Shown piece by piece: positions 44,607 through 58,479 of a stretch of DNA of 64,000 bases. The stretch is taken from assembly GCF_964204645.1 (NCBI RefSeq), contig NC_134036.1, positions 992,001 to 1,056,000 of the forward strand, written 5' to 3'. The notes below the pieces were generated by a model that worked only from the letters and a program-made list of their open reading frames with translations, was not told the DNA's origin and did not search any database. Source of the stretch: Tubulanus polymorphus (Eukaryota > Animalia > Nemertea). Numbering within the stretch: the first letter of the stretch is position 1; each line of letters begins with the position of its first letter. The translations under genes were made by a program, and so were the position numbers.

Positions 44607-46711
44607 ATGAGAGATTTCTATTGCATGGCGGCGATGGACAACAACCGGGGTATTGGTTACGCTGACGGGTTACCGTGGCCGCAACTACGGTCTGTATTAC
44701 CGGTACACGCGCGATGACGATGAAGTTGAATCTTGAAAGCGATAAGATTTCGAGATTTACGATATTTTCTTTTTTTTTGACTGACAGGCAAGATTACGAG
44801 TATTACACACAATCTCAAGAGCATACGAACGACCCAGGTACAGTCAACTCCCGGTTATCTGCACTCCACCACGCTCCCACTCCCAGGATACCAACCACTC
44901 CCCCACCCCTGGTTATCTGCACTCCACCACCCCAGGATACCAACCACTCCCCACCCCCCTGGTCATCCACCCTTGGTAACCGCAAAGTAAAAGCTTAGTC
45001 CCTAATCTATTAATGCTTTTAGCTTTCAGTTTCTCACTAAATTCTATAATAACAACCCCCGATATACCGCCCTTCCATTTACCTCCACCCCGCCTACTGC
45101 CAGGTTTTCTTAATGTATATCTCAATACAAATACATAGTAAAACACACCCGATATACCGCCATACTCTCTATACCTCCAAAATCATTCTGCACCGATGTG
45201 GTGGTATATCAGGGGTTGACTGTCTTTAGTCCGGTTTTAGCGTGAAAGTTTGCACCACAGGAGGCGCTGTTTATCCAATTGTTTTATTATAGATAAAGTG
45301 AATATGGTAATTTACGGTCGCACGACTTGGTTGAGCGTCGCCGAGCGCGAATTAAAAGCCAGAAACATCAACGTCGTCGTCAGTAGATCTATCAAGTAAG
45401 AAGTATCCAAAAAATATCAGCGCCAGGTTTTATAGACCGGGTATTTAAGTTACCCCTAGGGATAAATCCTCAACCTGGACCCGGTTTTAGAGACCTGGAC
45501 TGGGTTTCATAGATGTAGAGGCAAAATCGTCCCTTGGAACATTTTGAAATTAGTCCGTTATAACCATGGTTTCTCATTGTTACTATGGTTGGTTGTCATC
45601 CAGATTGATGATTTAACCCTAGGGATAACTTTGATACTCAGTCTATGAAACCGGGCCCTGGTATCTAAGTTACTCTAAAACCTCGATCAGGTTTTATAGT
45701 CATACCGGGGTAAATCCATAACCTGGGCCCAATTTTATAGACTGATATTAAAGTTATCCGTAGGGATAAATCCTCAACACGGGACCGGATTCTTAGACTT
45801 TCAAGACACTGGGCCGGGTTTTAAAGACTTTAAAGGGTTGGTACTCTATCTTACTATGATTTGTATAATTTTTGTATTGTTTTGTAGGGAACTCCCGCCG
45901 TATGCAAATTACTTGGTCCCCGATCTGGACTCAGCGTTAACGCTCGCGGCACGGTTACCGGTTATAGAAACAGTTTGGGTGAATGGTGGTCAGATGCTTT
46001 ACGAAACCGCGATGAAGCATCCGAATTGTCGACGAGTCTATAGAACTCGAGTTTACGGCGCGTTCAAAGCCGACACGTTCCTGCCGCAGTTCGAACACAA
46101 TTTTACACAAATTCAGTAAGCGTAAAAAAATATACAAAGACCCCGTTCGTAGACAAGGTCCCGACAACTCATTGAGCCCTTAAAAACTCCTGCAAAACGG
46201 ATAAATTCTTTTGAATATGCTCGAAACTCCTTTAATTTGATCAGGGTGGCGCCACTAACCCGGAAATCAGGGAAAAGTCAGGGAATTTTCTTTTATTTAA
46301 TCAGGGAATTTTCGAAAAAACGCTAAAAATAAGGGAAAAGTCATGGAAATTTGTTGAGATTGCTAGATCGCGTGTAAAATCAAACAGTTTCCGTCTACCC
46401 GGTATGTCTTACGTATTTGACTGTGTTAATTGATTGCATTCTTAGCAAATCAAGTCAGAGAAAACAACGTGTGTCTCAGGAAATAGTCAATGGAAAAGAA
46501 CATCAAATAAAGAGTGACTACCCTGAAAACCGATTAAACAAATCATGCTATCATTTTGATCCCACTTAATGTTGCCTCCTCGATATAATATTTTGCTCTA
46601 ATAAATATATAATTTCGTATTTTTTTCTTCGTTAGACTGCCTGAAGTGGACGGAACGATGAAAGAGGACAACGGCGTCAAATATCAATTCGAAGTTTTTG
46701 AAAGAAAATGA
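44607..46711 (+). CDS. Divergent DHFR-like protein, 179 aa; exons 44607-44689, 44788-44837, 45293-45395, 45888-46115, 46636-46711
   Basis: Intact spliced ORF: MRDFYCMAAMDNNRGIGYADGLPWPQLRQDYEYYTQSQEHTNDPDKVNMVIYGRTTWLSVAERELKARNINVVVSRSIKELPPYANYLVPDLDSALTLAARLPVIETVWVNGGQMLYETAMKHPNCRRVYRTRVYGAFKADTFLPQFEHNFTQIQLPEVDGTMKEDNGVKYQFEVFERK*. Intron phases match DHFR. Confidence 0.9.
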
Positions 46712-47693
46712 TTCCCTCAGACTTCATTTATGAGAGAAAATCTGATGAATCATTTCATCAGTTTAACAGTAATCTGCGCTTGCTCAACTCCGTGATAAAC
46801 TAGTCCAATGCATATCATAAAAAGGCTAAAATGAAATGATACCTTGTTTCTCATTAATGGCCGGGTCATTTTTGTAAACCGCAATGAAATTTGGACCGGG
46901 TCAACTTTTAAGCCCGGCTGAAATGAGAAACAAGGTATCAACTGGTTTAGCTTAAATCATGATTTAATAACATAAGAGATTTATCCAGTATTAGTAACAC
47001 TTTGAAAAAGGTTTTTGTCTTTCAATGAAAAAAGATGTAATTTATTGAATATCGATTTTTGGTATATGAGGCTGTTTTGTATATTTTGTATGAGGCTGAA
47101 AAAATGATACCTTGTTTCTCCTAATCAACCAACTCAATTCTATACACTGCAACAAAATTTGTAATCAGTTCATTTCTGTAACTGGCAGGTCTGTTTTTTC
47201 ATTGTTAGCCTGATCATGATTTAAAACCAAAGCTATGTACTTGGTAGATAGGCGGCCGCGGCTGGGTCAGTCAGCAGAAATGAGGAGAAACAAGGAATCA
47301 ATTTCGTTTAAGCCTTAACCATGACTAATTAAGATGAGAGTTTTGACCAGTATTATCAATGCTGATCATAAACCATGATTTGATAAGATGAGATTTGTCC
47401 AGATTTGTCTAGTATTATGAACACTAAACCATGATTCCATTAAATTAGACAGATTTGACCAGTATTATGAACACTGAGTGTAAACCATGATTCCATTAAA
47501 TTTGAGATTTGACCATTATTATGAACACTGAGTGTAAACCATGATGATCATGAGTTAATTAATCTCATGATCATAATGATCATGAGATTTGTCCAGATTT
47601 GACCAGTATTATGAATGAACACTCCGAAAAAGCTTTTTGTCTTCCAAAACAAAAATAGATGTATTAATTCATTGAATACCGATTTTTACCGTA

Positions 47694-50600
47694 TTATCTC
47701 GAATCGGGATGAGATTTATAAGCGACGATAGCGAGATTTCGAGGCGAGATCATCTCGTCGAATATCGGAATCACGTCTGCCGTTATACCGGGGGTTTCCG
47801 CGAGCAACAGACGCCGATCGGTCGCTATTAGCGATTCAATCACCGGCTGCAGTAGAACTTGTAACAACTGTGAAAATTAGAAAATGCAAAATTTAGCAAA
47901 TTACGTAATAATCAAAATATTCGAAAAAATCATTGAGGGGTCATTCAAAGTACATCATTAAATTAGGTTGATTTTCAACCTCCTCTCCCTCTATATTGGA
48001 CTGGGCCAAAAATTGTCATTTGTAAAACAGATTTCAGCTTCTATGCTTATGTACTTCATGAATGAACCCGCAATAATTAAAGCAACAACAATACTGACCG
48101 TTATAATTTGAATATATTTGAAGTATTGTTCGTATTGTCGGTGTAAACGTTTCAGCTCGTGTCTCGAATTCGACCAATCGGGGCCGGACGATCGTTCGAA
48201 TACGGCGTCTAAATAACCGTCGAACGTTTGAAAATGCGATCGCCTGGCGACGCGTCGACGTAGTTTAACAATACTCGCGCCGTTGCTACCTGCGATACAG
48301 AAATAAATATCTCGATCGAATTTCGCTGCTTTAACTTCATCGGAATGATTGCGCTTAGTAAATACAGTAAACCTCGCCTTGCTCAGACTCTTTCTCGACA
48401 AAAACGAAATTATTTTTCTGACTTTGTTCAAAAACGTATTTTCCTATCCCTAGGACCTCGGACAAATTTTGCCAGTCCCAGCTTGTCGCAGAGTTAGGCG
48501 AGGTTGACTGTGGAAATGAAAACAGAACTATCGTGAAATTAAAGATGACAGTTTTCGTTTCTATGCCAGCGTTGCTAGTCAGAAATCATAGTTACATATA
48601 TTTTCAATATGGACGTACAAAATGATCTATAGTTACATTTCATATTGTTTCCAAAATGATCTCAAACATTCCATTTTCTATTGTAATAATTGTAATTAAT
48701 AACTTTTTGATTTAATTATTTTAATCGCTTGTTGATTTTGATAATAATAATATATACAATCTATGATACGAGAAATGTTTGTCTCTCAATTGTCGGGAGT
48801 TTGTGTTTTTATACCTGATGTTTTCGCGTAAAGTTCTATTAATCCTCGGTACGCGACGTTTTTCATGTGAAATTCGTGATCGGCTGCAGTTTGATTTCTC
48901 CATCGAACTCTGAAAACACAATTCATCAAACAGTTATCAATTTGACGATGAAAATTAGCAAAAATCTGAATTCGTTTTAGGGTCTTGAGTTGATGAAAGA
49001 GGGAGGGAGAGACAAGAGAAGAGAGAGGGAGGTTAGACAGAGGTAGAGAAAGGGGAAGGAGAGAGGGAGAGAGAAATGGAGAGATAGAGAGAGAAGAGAG
49101 GGAGAGGTAGAGAGGGAGAGAGAGAGAGAAAGATGGAGAGAGGGAGAGAGACAGAGAGAAAGAGATAGATGAAGAGGGAGAGATTGATGCAGAGGTAGAG
49201 AGAAGGGAGAGAGATGGAAGGTAAGAGGAGCTACTGCAATTGTGTATTAACCTTGTCTCCTGCGCGGCCAGTCTGAAACAATACACACTCGGTTTCCATG
49301 GTACCCGGTTTAATACGTCGCGTACAGCTCGACTCAACGGGAAGTTGTTGAATGATCCGGAATCCGGGTCGCGACTCATCCGGTGATAACAACAACTAAC
49401 GCAAACGAGTCGCCGTAACGACGAGCAATTAGAGAACAATCGTAACACGGTCGGCGTTAGATCGGCGCAACAATGTAAACCGACGATATTCCCGTTGACA
49501 CGACAACGCGATGAATCCTCATCGCATAAATCACATCGATTCATCTCATAATTATCAACGTTTTCACTCGTTTCAGTAAAATGTTTTAAATTTGATTCGA
49601 GTTTCTCCTCATTGTTCTGAGTTTGTCGCGTTTTTTCGAGATTTAATTCACATAAATTTTCAGCAAGGGGTCCTACTGTATTATTACACTCCTGAAGTCT
49701 AGCGTCAGCTGCACCTGTTGACCCGGCTGCCAGGTCACGCGCTGCACCTGTTGACCCTGCTGCCAGGTCGTGCGCTGCACCTGTTGACCTGGCTGCCAGG
49801 TCACGCGCTGCACCTGTTGACCCCGATGCTCCGTTTGAATCTCCTCCATTTTTTCGTCGTCGTTTTCTGTAGAAATCGTGAATCGTTCGTCGAAACGAAT
49901 CGAAACATTCTCGCGATTCGTTCAGTTCTAAAGTTTCTAATTGAATCCCGCAATCGCAATCAAAACCTGAAAAAACCGCAACATTTCAATATATAGAGGT
50001 CAAATTCAACAATAAATATATCAACTCTCTAAATCGATTAACTTGTCAAACACAGTGAAATATCAGTAACTAACGATACACCGCACTACAGTGTAGACAT
50101 GCCCATTATTCAACACACTGGAATCTTTTTAAATTTTAAAATTATCTCTTGAAGGGTGAACAAAAACTGGATCCAGTTCGAAGGTTTTAACATGTTTGTG
50201 AGGCAGGGCTCAAATCAGAGAGCCACAGTGGCCGAGTGGTTTAAGCCGCCGGTCACTGACTGGTCTCGTCAATCCAGGGTTTATGGGTTCAAACCATGGT
50301 GGTGACAGAGTTTCTTGGTCGAAGGTTCCACTGGTCTCTCCCCCATTGGGAAAAAGAAACATCGAACCCCCCGCTTATAATGCCCCACATGGCGCTTAGT
50401 GGGTTCAGGGCTCAAATTTAAAAACTGACCTCGTTTTTGCAGTTTTATTTTCGCCCCGTGCGTGAATTGATGTTTACTTTCCAATCCTAAAACGTCATGA
50501 CCGTATTTGGAATTCAATAATTTATCCAAATATCCCTGCAACGATAAATAGCAAGTAATAATGTAACCATTTACTACTACAGTTCTTTGAAAATCAGAGC

Positions 50601-52274
50601 TCGTTTAGGGTTGAGACATTATCAAAAACCAATTGAAAATCTGAATACTGGTCATAAGTTGTTAGATTAGCTATAGAACCAAAATAAGCTTAGACTGATC
50701 TTAAATGTGTTAGATTGTTGTTTATAGAACCAAAATGAGCTTAGACTAGTCCTAATTTGATAGATTGATTATAGAACCAAAATAAGCTAGCCTAGTCTAA
50801 AGTTGTTAAATTGGTTATAGAACTTAAATGAGCTTAGATTGGTCTTAAGTCATTGAATTGTTGTTTTTAGGACCAAAATGAGCTTAGACTAGTCTTAATT
50901 TGATTGATTGATTATAGAACCAAAATAAGCTAGACTAGTCTTAAGTTGTTAAATTGGTTATAGAACCAAAATGAGCTTAAACTGGTCTTAAATTGTTAGA
51001 TTGGTTATAGAATCAAAATCAGATTAGACTGGTCTTAAGTCATTGAATTGTTGTTTTTAGGACCAAAATGTGCGTAGACTGGTCTTGATTTGATTAATTG
51101 ATTATAGAACCAAAATGGTCTAAAGTTTAAATCTAAGCTATGTCTGATATTGGGCCCAGGGTGCGGAGAGGAGCTGCAAGGCTTACCATTCCAGCTCCTG
51201 CGTCCACTACTATATTACACGCTCCTTGACGACTGAATTCATCGACGAACGCCGCCATATTGTCGACTTCATGAATCTTCTTCGCAGTCATACCGACGTG
51301 TAGTCGTTTATCTTCGACGTCCCCGGCGACCGTTACCGGGTTAATCGCGATGCTGTGTTGTCGTGGTAACGATAAAGCGATTGTCTCATCGACGAGCGTC
51401 CGTAAATCAGGCGACCACGAATTCTAGAAAATAAATCAATTTTTTAAACGGTGATTTTAGAGACAACGAAAAGAGTATCTCGTCGTCATGGCGACGTACC
51501 TTCAGATACCCGTAAGGAATCTCACCGAGTTCGTCTGTCGTTAAACTGAACAGATCTTCACACCACTGAAAATAGAACATGTGAAACATTTGAATTCTGT
51601 TTTTTGTATCAATAGTTGCGAGTTTGTCCTGATGAGGCACTTGGCAACAGGGAGGAGAGTGTTGGGTTTTTATTCAGAGCGCAGACCGATCATACTACTC
51701 TGGAACTGATAGGCGGTTGGTGCCTGGATCATCTGTTCTTCCAGCTTGTTCCATCAGTCGAGGAAGGAACTCATGAAGAATGAGTTTCAGTATTAAGCCG
51801 TGTTTGACCTCGGGACGATGAAGGGTTTGCTCTTGTTTGATGTTGATCTCGCTGGACGTTGTCCGTATTGGTGGATTTTTAGGTTTTGGCTTGTATGACT
51901 CTTTCCTGATTTCGGAGCCTACAGAAATTGATCGATTCCGACAGCAGAGAGAGACCGAAGTTGTTGTCAATTGCAATGACAATTGTAGCGCTATCATATC
52001 ATCAAAATTGTCAATATAGGCAAAGCCTTGCTAGATTCAGTCAGGCAAAGGATGTTTGGTTGCAATTTTAGAACAAAAAATGTGCAATTCAATCTTTGAC
52101 TTTTCGTCTTTTGTTGAGGAAGGAAACTCGCTAGCTAGAGCTGACCTTTTCGGGAATTTTCTCCCAAATTCGCTCAATAAAAAACTGCGTCAATTGAAAA
52201 TCATAGATCCACGAATATTTCTGCAGCAAACTAATCGCTCTATGTAAACTGTCATCTGCGACACTGGCCGCCAT
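47694..52274 (-). CDS. METTL25/METTL25B(RRNAD1)-family methyltransferase; exons 52274-52146, 51565-51500, 51423-51187, 50535-50430, 49966-49252, 48909-48815, 48289-48099, 47867-47694
   Basis: KKIHEV; SAM motif VVDAGAGMGYL; VGLHCCADL; VSCCYHRM; QPVIESLIATDR; PIFDEMISPRN. All are family motifs and the exons join in frame. Confidence 0.9.
50222..50400 (+). mobile_element. tRNA-derived SINE-like element (intronic)
   Basis: A box TGGCCGAGTGG and B box/T-arm ATGGGTTCAAACCAT, but no canonical anticodon arm. Confidence 0.6.
50645..51135. repeat. Degenerate ~47-bp tandem repeat
   Basis: TATAGAACCAAAAT(A/G)AGCTTAGACT(A/G)GTCTTAA repeated ~10 times. It resembles the internal repeat of the MITE at ~43382-43523. 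Confidence 0.8.
51665..52050 (-). mobile_element. Decayed CR1/L2-like LINE 3' end in METTL25 intron 1
   Basis: A minus-strand frame reads PFIVPRSNTA*Y*NSFF...WNKL, like the NSFF..WNxL terminus of CR1/L2 ORF2, with in-frame stops. Confidence 0.5.
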
Positions 52275-54143
52275 TCTAATTAGTCAAATAATCAACGAAA
52301 TTAGGTAAATAAATATTAATTGGATTGAATTGGTTGCGCCACGACCTTGAGATAAGCCGGTAATTGATTTTACGAAGTGGCTATTCATACGGATTACTCC
52401 GAAGGCTATACGTACGGTTTACTCCGAAGAATATTCGTACGGAACCTTAGGCCAAATAGCCACTTTGAATAACAATTTGGGAAGCCAATAGTAGTGAATG
52501 AGCGAATAAACAAATAAACGAACGAACGAACAAAAAATTCACTTCTATTTTGAAAAATATTTGCATTCCATAACATAGCAATAACAGAAAATTTGAGAGC
52601 ATTTCAAATTCTGGCCTTCGGTCACAAAGTGAAAAGTCAATATTATTTATTCGAAGAAAACTCACGGTAGAAACAACGATTAAATAAACAAAGCAGGACC
52701 CAGTCCAAAGGGCTTCATTTGAATCAACCTTTGATTGTTGATAAAAACTTCATGAATCATATTTATTTGTACACAACAGAAAAATTGCACCAGTCATGAG
52801 GACACAACCCGCAATTCGGAAAATCGCGCAAATCTGAAGATAAAAAAAATAATTCGTTCGTTCCGAATTTCTGACCTAATGCGATATTTTTGTTATATCG
52901 TTTTAAAAAGAGTTCTGGGGGTGCAATTTTACGAGGTTGAATTCTGAGCAGGCAGAGTAGATGGCGCCATCAGACGGTGGTTTCAGATTGATGGCCGCGT
53001 TCCGGTTTTTCAAGATCAGCTGATTTTTTAGACCCGTAAAACTCGCAAATCAGAACTGAATCGAAGCCGGTGAGTAAATCTGAAATATGGAAATCATTGT
53101 CCAATTCGAATTGAATCATATAAACAATTCATCGGCGCTTTAAACCGATTCGCGATCTGGAATTGTGACAAATGTCACGATCATTTTTTTGACATTTCCC
53201 TTTTCCTAATCAAATACAAATTAATTAAATTCACTTCATCCAGTGAATGAGGAGAGAGAACCGCCGCCCGTATCAGAGTTTTATGCACTGTCAAAAACAA
53301 ACGATAATCCGTTAATCCTATGTCGACCGATTGACATATATCATAGACACTGGATTAGCAGATTATCTTTACAGCTTGCTTGTGTATCAAGAAACCCGGT
53401 ACTGGCAGAAACAGTACCGTCTCTTGATACACAAGCCCGTCCAAAGACAAAGTACCAGCAGAGAATAGACTAACTTATAACTATAAGCCCCTGTAATTGT
53501 GAATGAAAAGAGCATTCCTTATATAAATAACAGTAGATGATCTTTTCAATCTGATGTAGCCCAGTGTGAATGCTGGACTTGTCTTGGAAAATTCTAATCG
53601 TCAATAGTTTATTCATATTCTGGTTATGAAAGCTTGATTAACCAATTAACTTTACTGCCAGGGCCCAGTTCCACAGTTAATGTGAGTCAAGATTTGACTC
53701 TGCTAAGCTGACTCGTTGAAAATGAACTAACTTTAACTCAGAACTGGTTCTGGGCTGGGGCCAGTTGCTCAAAGCTTGGTAAGAGTTAACCAGTGGATAG
53801 TTGACATAGTGACAATTGAAAATTCATTGTTACTATGGTATCTATCCACTGGTTATCTTTAACCAACTTTTGAGCAACTGACCCCTGGGTCAATTCAAAC
53901 TTAACCGTTTTGGGCTTAAACTTTTTCGTGAAACTGGGCCCTGATTGTTAAACTCCCTGCCTGGCTTGAATTCGACAGTTTGATGATTAAGCTCCTATTA
54001 ATCATCAGATTTGTGGAAAAGGTTTTAGACTGCAGCGCCCTCCAGAGCCAACAAACTTTACTACCTTAAGTAACTCTGAGCGAAACAGAAATCAAATAAT
54101 ATTCCGAATATTTCTCATTTTTCAAGGTATTGTTGTTGTTGCT

Positions 54144-57111
54144 ATGGCATCGGACATCGTCGACGAACCTTTCACCGACTTGATGGAGACGAACTCGAAG
54201 ACGTCGGCGCCACCGCTGGCGAAACCGAGAACTACGCTATCGACTCAACAGAACGGCTGGCGACAAACGTGCGAGATGGTGAAACTAGCGAGTAAATCTC
54301 AATATCAAATATCGAACAGTTTGAAACAGGTTCCGTATCAGTTTACGTTCCGTATGTCGTACGCGGAGACGTCAACTCGTTTATACCTGCTCGGCGTAGC
54401 CGATAACTCACGCGAGACGACCTTGATGTACGTCGATATACCGCCGACGACGCCCGACTCGTCCGAGCCGCTGCGTCTGTCGCCGTGGATACCGTTACTA
54501 GACGCGTTTCACGCCAAACTCGAATTGTCGAAAGAGGAACAGTTGCTGCGCGAACGAAAACGTATGAGTCACTTCGGTATTACGTCGTACGACCTTGACC
54601 TCGATAGCGGGCAGTTCGTGTTCCCGGCGTCTGCTTCGCTTTATACGTTTACAGACTGTTCCGAATTAGTGAGTTTATTGAATACGAAATTTTTCAAATT
54701 TCAAACATTTCCCGAATGATAGGCCAAAATGAAATCGATACCTTGTTTCTCCTAAGTGTCCGGGTCCGTTTTGCAGCAAAACATTTGTAATCAGTTCATG
54801 ATTTTGAAAAAAGTAATGTACAGGGTAGATAGGCGACCAGCCCGGTCAACTTTTAACAATGATAATAATCAAATATTAGCAAACGCGGTATATTTCAGGA
54901 TTTCCGGGAGCTCTTTACACAATTGAGCGTGTGAAATTTCTCCTACCAAAGTTGTAAGCCTTGATGATCTTAAACTAGTCTTAAATCTAAGCCATGACTA
55001 CGATACTACTGCCCGGCCCTACTAGCTGTATCTAAACTGTTGAAATGACTTAGTTACCGCAGTACTCAATATTTGATTGTTGTTTTTTTCAGGGGTTCAT
55101 GTCGACGAAACCGATTTTACCGACGGAGGTGAAATCTACCGAAACAAGCGGACCGAGGATGGATCCGAAACTTTGTCCCTCGATGCCGACATTGATCGCG
55201 TTCGTTAACGAAGAAGACGTCTGGGTTACGAATCATCTCACCGGACTAGAAACTAAACTCACTAACTCGGGTAAGAGTTGAAATAAATCTAATCGGACTA
55301 GAAACTTAACTCACTAACTCAGGTAAGAGTTGAAATAAATCTGATCAGATTAGAAACTAAACTCACTAACTCGGGTAAGAGTTGAAATAAATCTCACCGG
55401 ACTAGAAACTGAACTCACTAACTCAGGTAAGAGTTGAAATAAATCTCACCAGACTAGAAACTAAACTCATTAACTCGGTAAGAGTTGAAATAAATCTCAT
55501 CGGACTAGAAACTGAACTCACTAACTCAGGTAAGAGTTGAAATAAATCTCATCGGACTAAAAACTAAACTCAGTTACTCGGGTAAGAGTTGAAATAAATC
55601 TCACCGGACTAGAAGTAAGATTCCAAATTGCTTAACGTGCTTACATGAAAAGAGAGTTAAGAGTTACCCAGTGACTCTGTGAGCAGATTAGCAGCGTAGC
55701 GCCACTGACGTGATCATCAGGGAAACCGGGAATCTAAAAATTGTTCCAAAAAACCTGGAAAACTTGTGGAATTTGGATAATGCTATTGCCCACGCATTTC
55801 TTTATCAAAACGTGATTCGATGAAAAATTGACGAATTGTAACATTTTGAATCTAGAAATTTCTCTGATTCACGCAAGAAATATTGTGTAATCGCATGGAA
55901 AAATTAGAGGGATTTGTAAATGGGTTGAAAGTGGCGCCACCCTGTCGAATAAGGGTCCAATCCTCTGGACCCAGTTTCACAAAAAGGATCAAAGCCTAAA
56001 TCGATTTAAGATAAACTGAATTAATGAAGAAATTAAATCAATTTAAGAATTAAACCTTTTTGTGAAACTCGGCCCTGATCGTGTTTTGAGATTTGCGTAG
56101 AATCTGATTGAGAATTACCGGTACTGTGTATTCTATTTAACAGATGATGAAGCCGGTTTAGTCGTAAGCGCCGGTGTTCCGTCGTTCGTCGTGCAGGAAG
56201 AATTCGATCGTTATACCGGTTACTGGTGGCAACCGCCGACCGATAATACCTACAGGATACTATACGAATGCGTCGATGAAACGGATGTCATGGTGATTCA
56301 AACGATGTCATCGTCTACGAGCGCGTGTGGATTCGACGAGTATCGATATCCAAGAGCTGGTAAAACACGGTCCTTACGACCCTCGGTTCCTTAACAACTC
56401 TGAGAGCCTGTTAAACTTGAGAATACGGTCCTTACGACTTAACGGTTCCTTAAACACTGCTTCGGAAAATGCTTTCAAAGATGCTTGAAACTCCTTTAAC
56501 TTTAGCAAAAAATTAGAAGCTCTTTCAATTTTGAGAAATAGGCAATTTGAAATTATTGTCTAGCTTGAGGTTGTTGATTAAACTACGCCTAAATCTGTAA
56601 AGTTGGGATCTGGATTTGTTTTTACCCAATTATTAAGCAGTTACTGAATGAGAAACCAAATTTTGTCGTGCAAAGGATAAAAACTTAAAAAACTTTAAAA
56701 ATTAGTAATTATCTCTCTTAAAAGATGGCAGCACTTGTCAGACAACTAACGATACACCGCGTCGTGGTGTAGACGCACTATAGTGCTATTCCCGTTATTC
56801 AACACACTAGGGTGGAATTTTTAAAAATTTTCAAATTATCTCCAACACTATAGGGTATTAACTAGTCAGCTCTGAAAGGGTTAAGTCTTAGTCTTAATTT
56901 ATTTTCCGAAGGGAAAATGAATACAATTTAGCGTTGATTAATTTTCAGGCACTACGAACGCGGAAAGCGTTTTACGAATCGTCGAGTTCAATTTGAACGA
57001 AGAATCGCAGGTCGTTAACGTGATCGAGAAGAGACTCCGCGTCGAGCTGAAAACACGGTTACCTTCGATGGAATATCTAGTACGAGCCGGTTGGACTCCG
57101 GATGGAAAATA
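54144..57111 (+). CDS. DPP9: Dipeptidyl peptidase 8/9, 3'-partial; exons 54144-54668, 55093-55270, 56144-56359, 56949-57111; probable UTR exon ending ~53069
   Basis: SKEEQLLRERKR..FGITSYD, PRMDPKLCP, AGVPSFVVQEEFDRYTGYWW (double-Glu motif), YRYPRAGTTN, EYLVRAGWTPDGKY. No further exon was found before the window end. Confidence 0.93.
55241..55613 (+). repeat. 52-bp tandem repeat (7 copies + partial) spanning a DPP9 exon end and donor
   Basis: CCGGACTAGAAACTAAACTCACTAACTC(G/A)G|GTAAGAGTTGAAATAAATCTCA. Confidence 0.95.
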
Positions 57112-57124
57112 GTGAGTACGACGG

Positions 57125-57570
57125 CCCGATACTAATCGGGGAACCCCCTGGAACGAGCTGCCTGAATTCTGGATACAGTGCCCCGATACTAATCGGGGAA
57201 CCCCCTGGTACGAGCTGCTTGAATTCTGGATACAGTGCCCCGATACTAATCGGGGAACCCCCTGGTACGAGCTGCTTGAATTCTGGATACAGTGCCCCGA
57301 TACTAATCGGGGGACCCCCTGGAACGAGCTGCTTGAATTCTGGATACAGTTCCCCGATACTAATCGGGGAACCCCCTGGTATGAGCTGCTTGAATTCTGG
57401 ATACAGTGCCCCGATACTAATCGGGGAACCCCCTGGTACGAGCTGCTTGAATTCTGGATACAGTGCCCCGATACTAATCGGGGAACCCCCTGGTACAAGC
57501 TGCTTGAATTCTGGATACAGTGCCCCGGTATTAATTGGGGGCCCTGGTACGAGCGGGTTGGACTCAGGGA
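57125..57570. repeat. 57-bp minisatellite (~7.5 copies) just after a DPP9 donor
   Basis: CCCGATACTAATCGGGGAACCCCCTGGTACGAGCTGCTTGAATTCTGGATACAGTGC. It explains the 19-aa periodic ORFs. Confidence 0.95.
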
Positions 57571-58479
57571 CAGCCCAAGAAAAAATCATTAGTTAGAATA
57601 CCCTCCCCGCGGCAGAGACGAAAGTTTATTTCAACTTAAGAAATATTCGAAAAATTTATGAATGAATGTAGCCATATATGGGCGGGTTTGTTGATTGATC
57701 CGTGATATCAGTTTAATACACAACTGGGAGGTGACCGGTGAGGTCATTCTTCGCGAGTAAGCCTCTCCCACAGGTTGGGTAGAAATGATAATTCTTGGAA
57801 CCAGTATACTACGGCTGTTCTGGACATTATCTAGTGTATACCCTCCACGAGGGAGAGACAAAAATTCAATTCAATTCATTTTTTATTGTGCTGGGATTGA
57901 GAAAGTTGTACATTTATGATTTCAATGTAGTTGTATTTTGATCGGTGTTCCGGGGGGTTCTCACATATAACTGACTAGAATTCATCGATATCGATTTCAA
58001 ACATTTAAACGGTGCCCAAATTCCAGTTTAGTCGCCAATTTCAGAAGATGATTCAATGTTTTAAAGAAATGTTGCTGTAAACACCTACAAAGGATGTGAC
58101 AGAGATTGCTATAGTGTTATTATTTGCCACCAGATGTCTCCGTGTGTCATTTCTTTTATGTTTGACGAACTGATTGTTGGGAGCTCCCAAAATTGGAAAT
58201 CAAATGAATAGAACGAATCATTTAATGTTAAACAGGTGTCTAGAATTTATAGTAAAAAAATTACTCCTATTTTAAGGGGCATCCTCCCTCGGCAGGGATT
58301 CGAACCTCAATACCGGGGGCATCCCCTGGTACTCTGAATAGGAAGTCAGGTACCTGAGTAGAGAGCAATGACCCTTGCTGTTCTGTTATGCTAGTAGTTA
58401 ATTAGTTAGTTAGTTACTCATCATAATCAAATGACATGATCGTCATTGAACACCGAAACAGTAGAAAAAGAAAATAATA

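Noticed and set aside
50222-50305. Possible tRNA gene
   Set aside because: A and B boxes are present, but there is no proper anticodon arm or 7-bp acceptor stem; better read as a SINE head.
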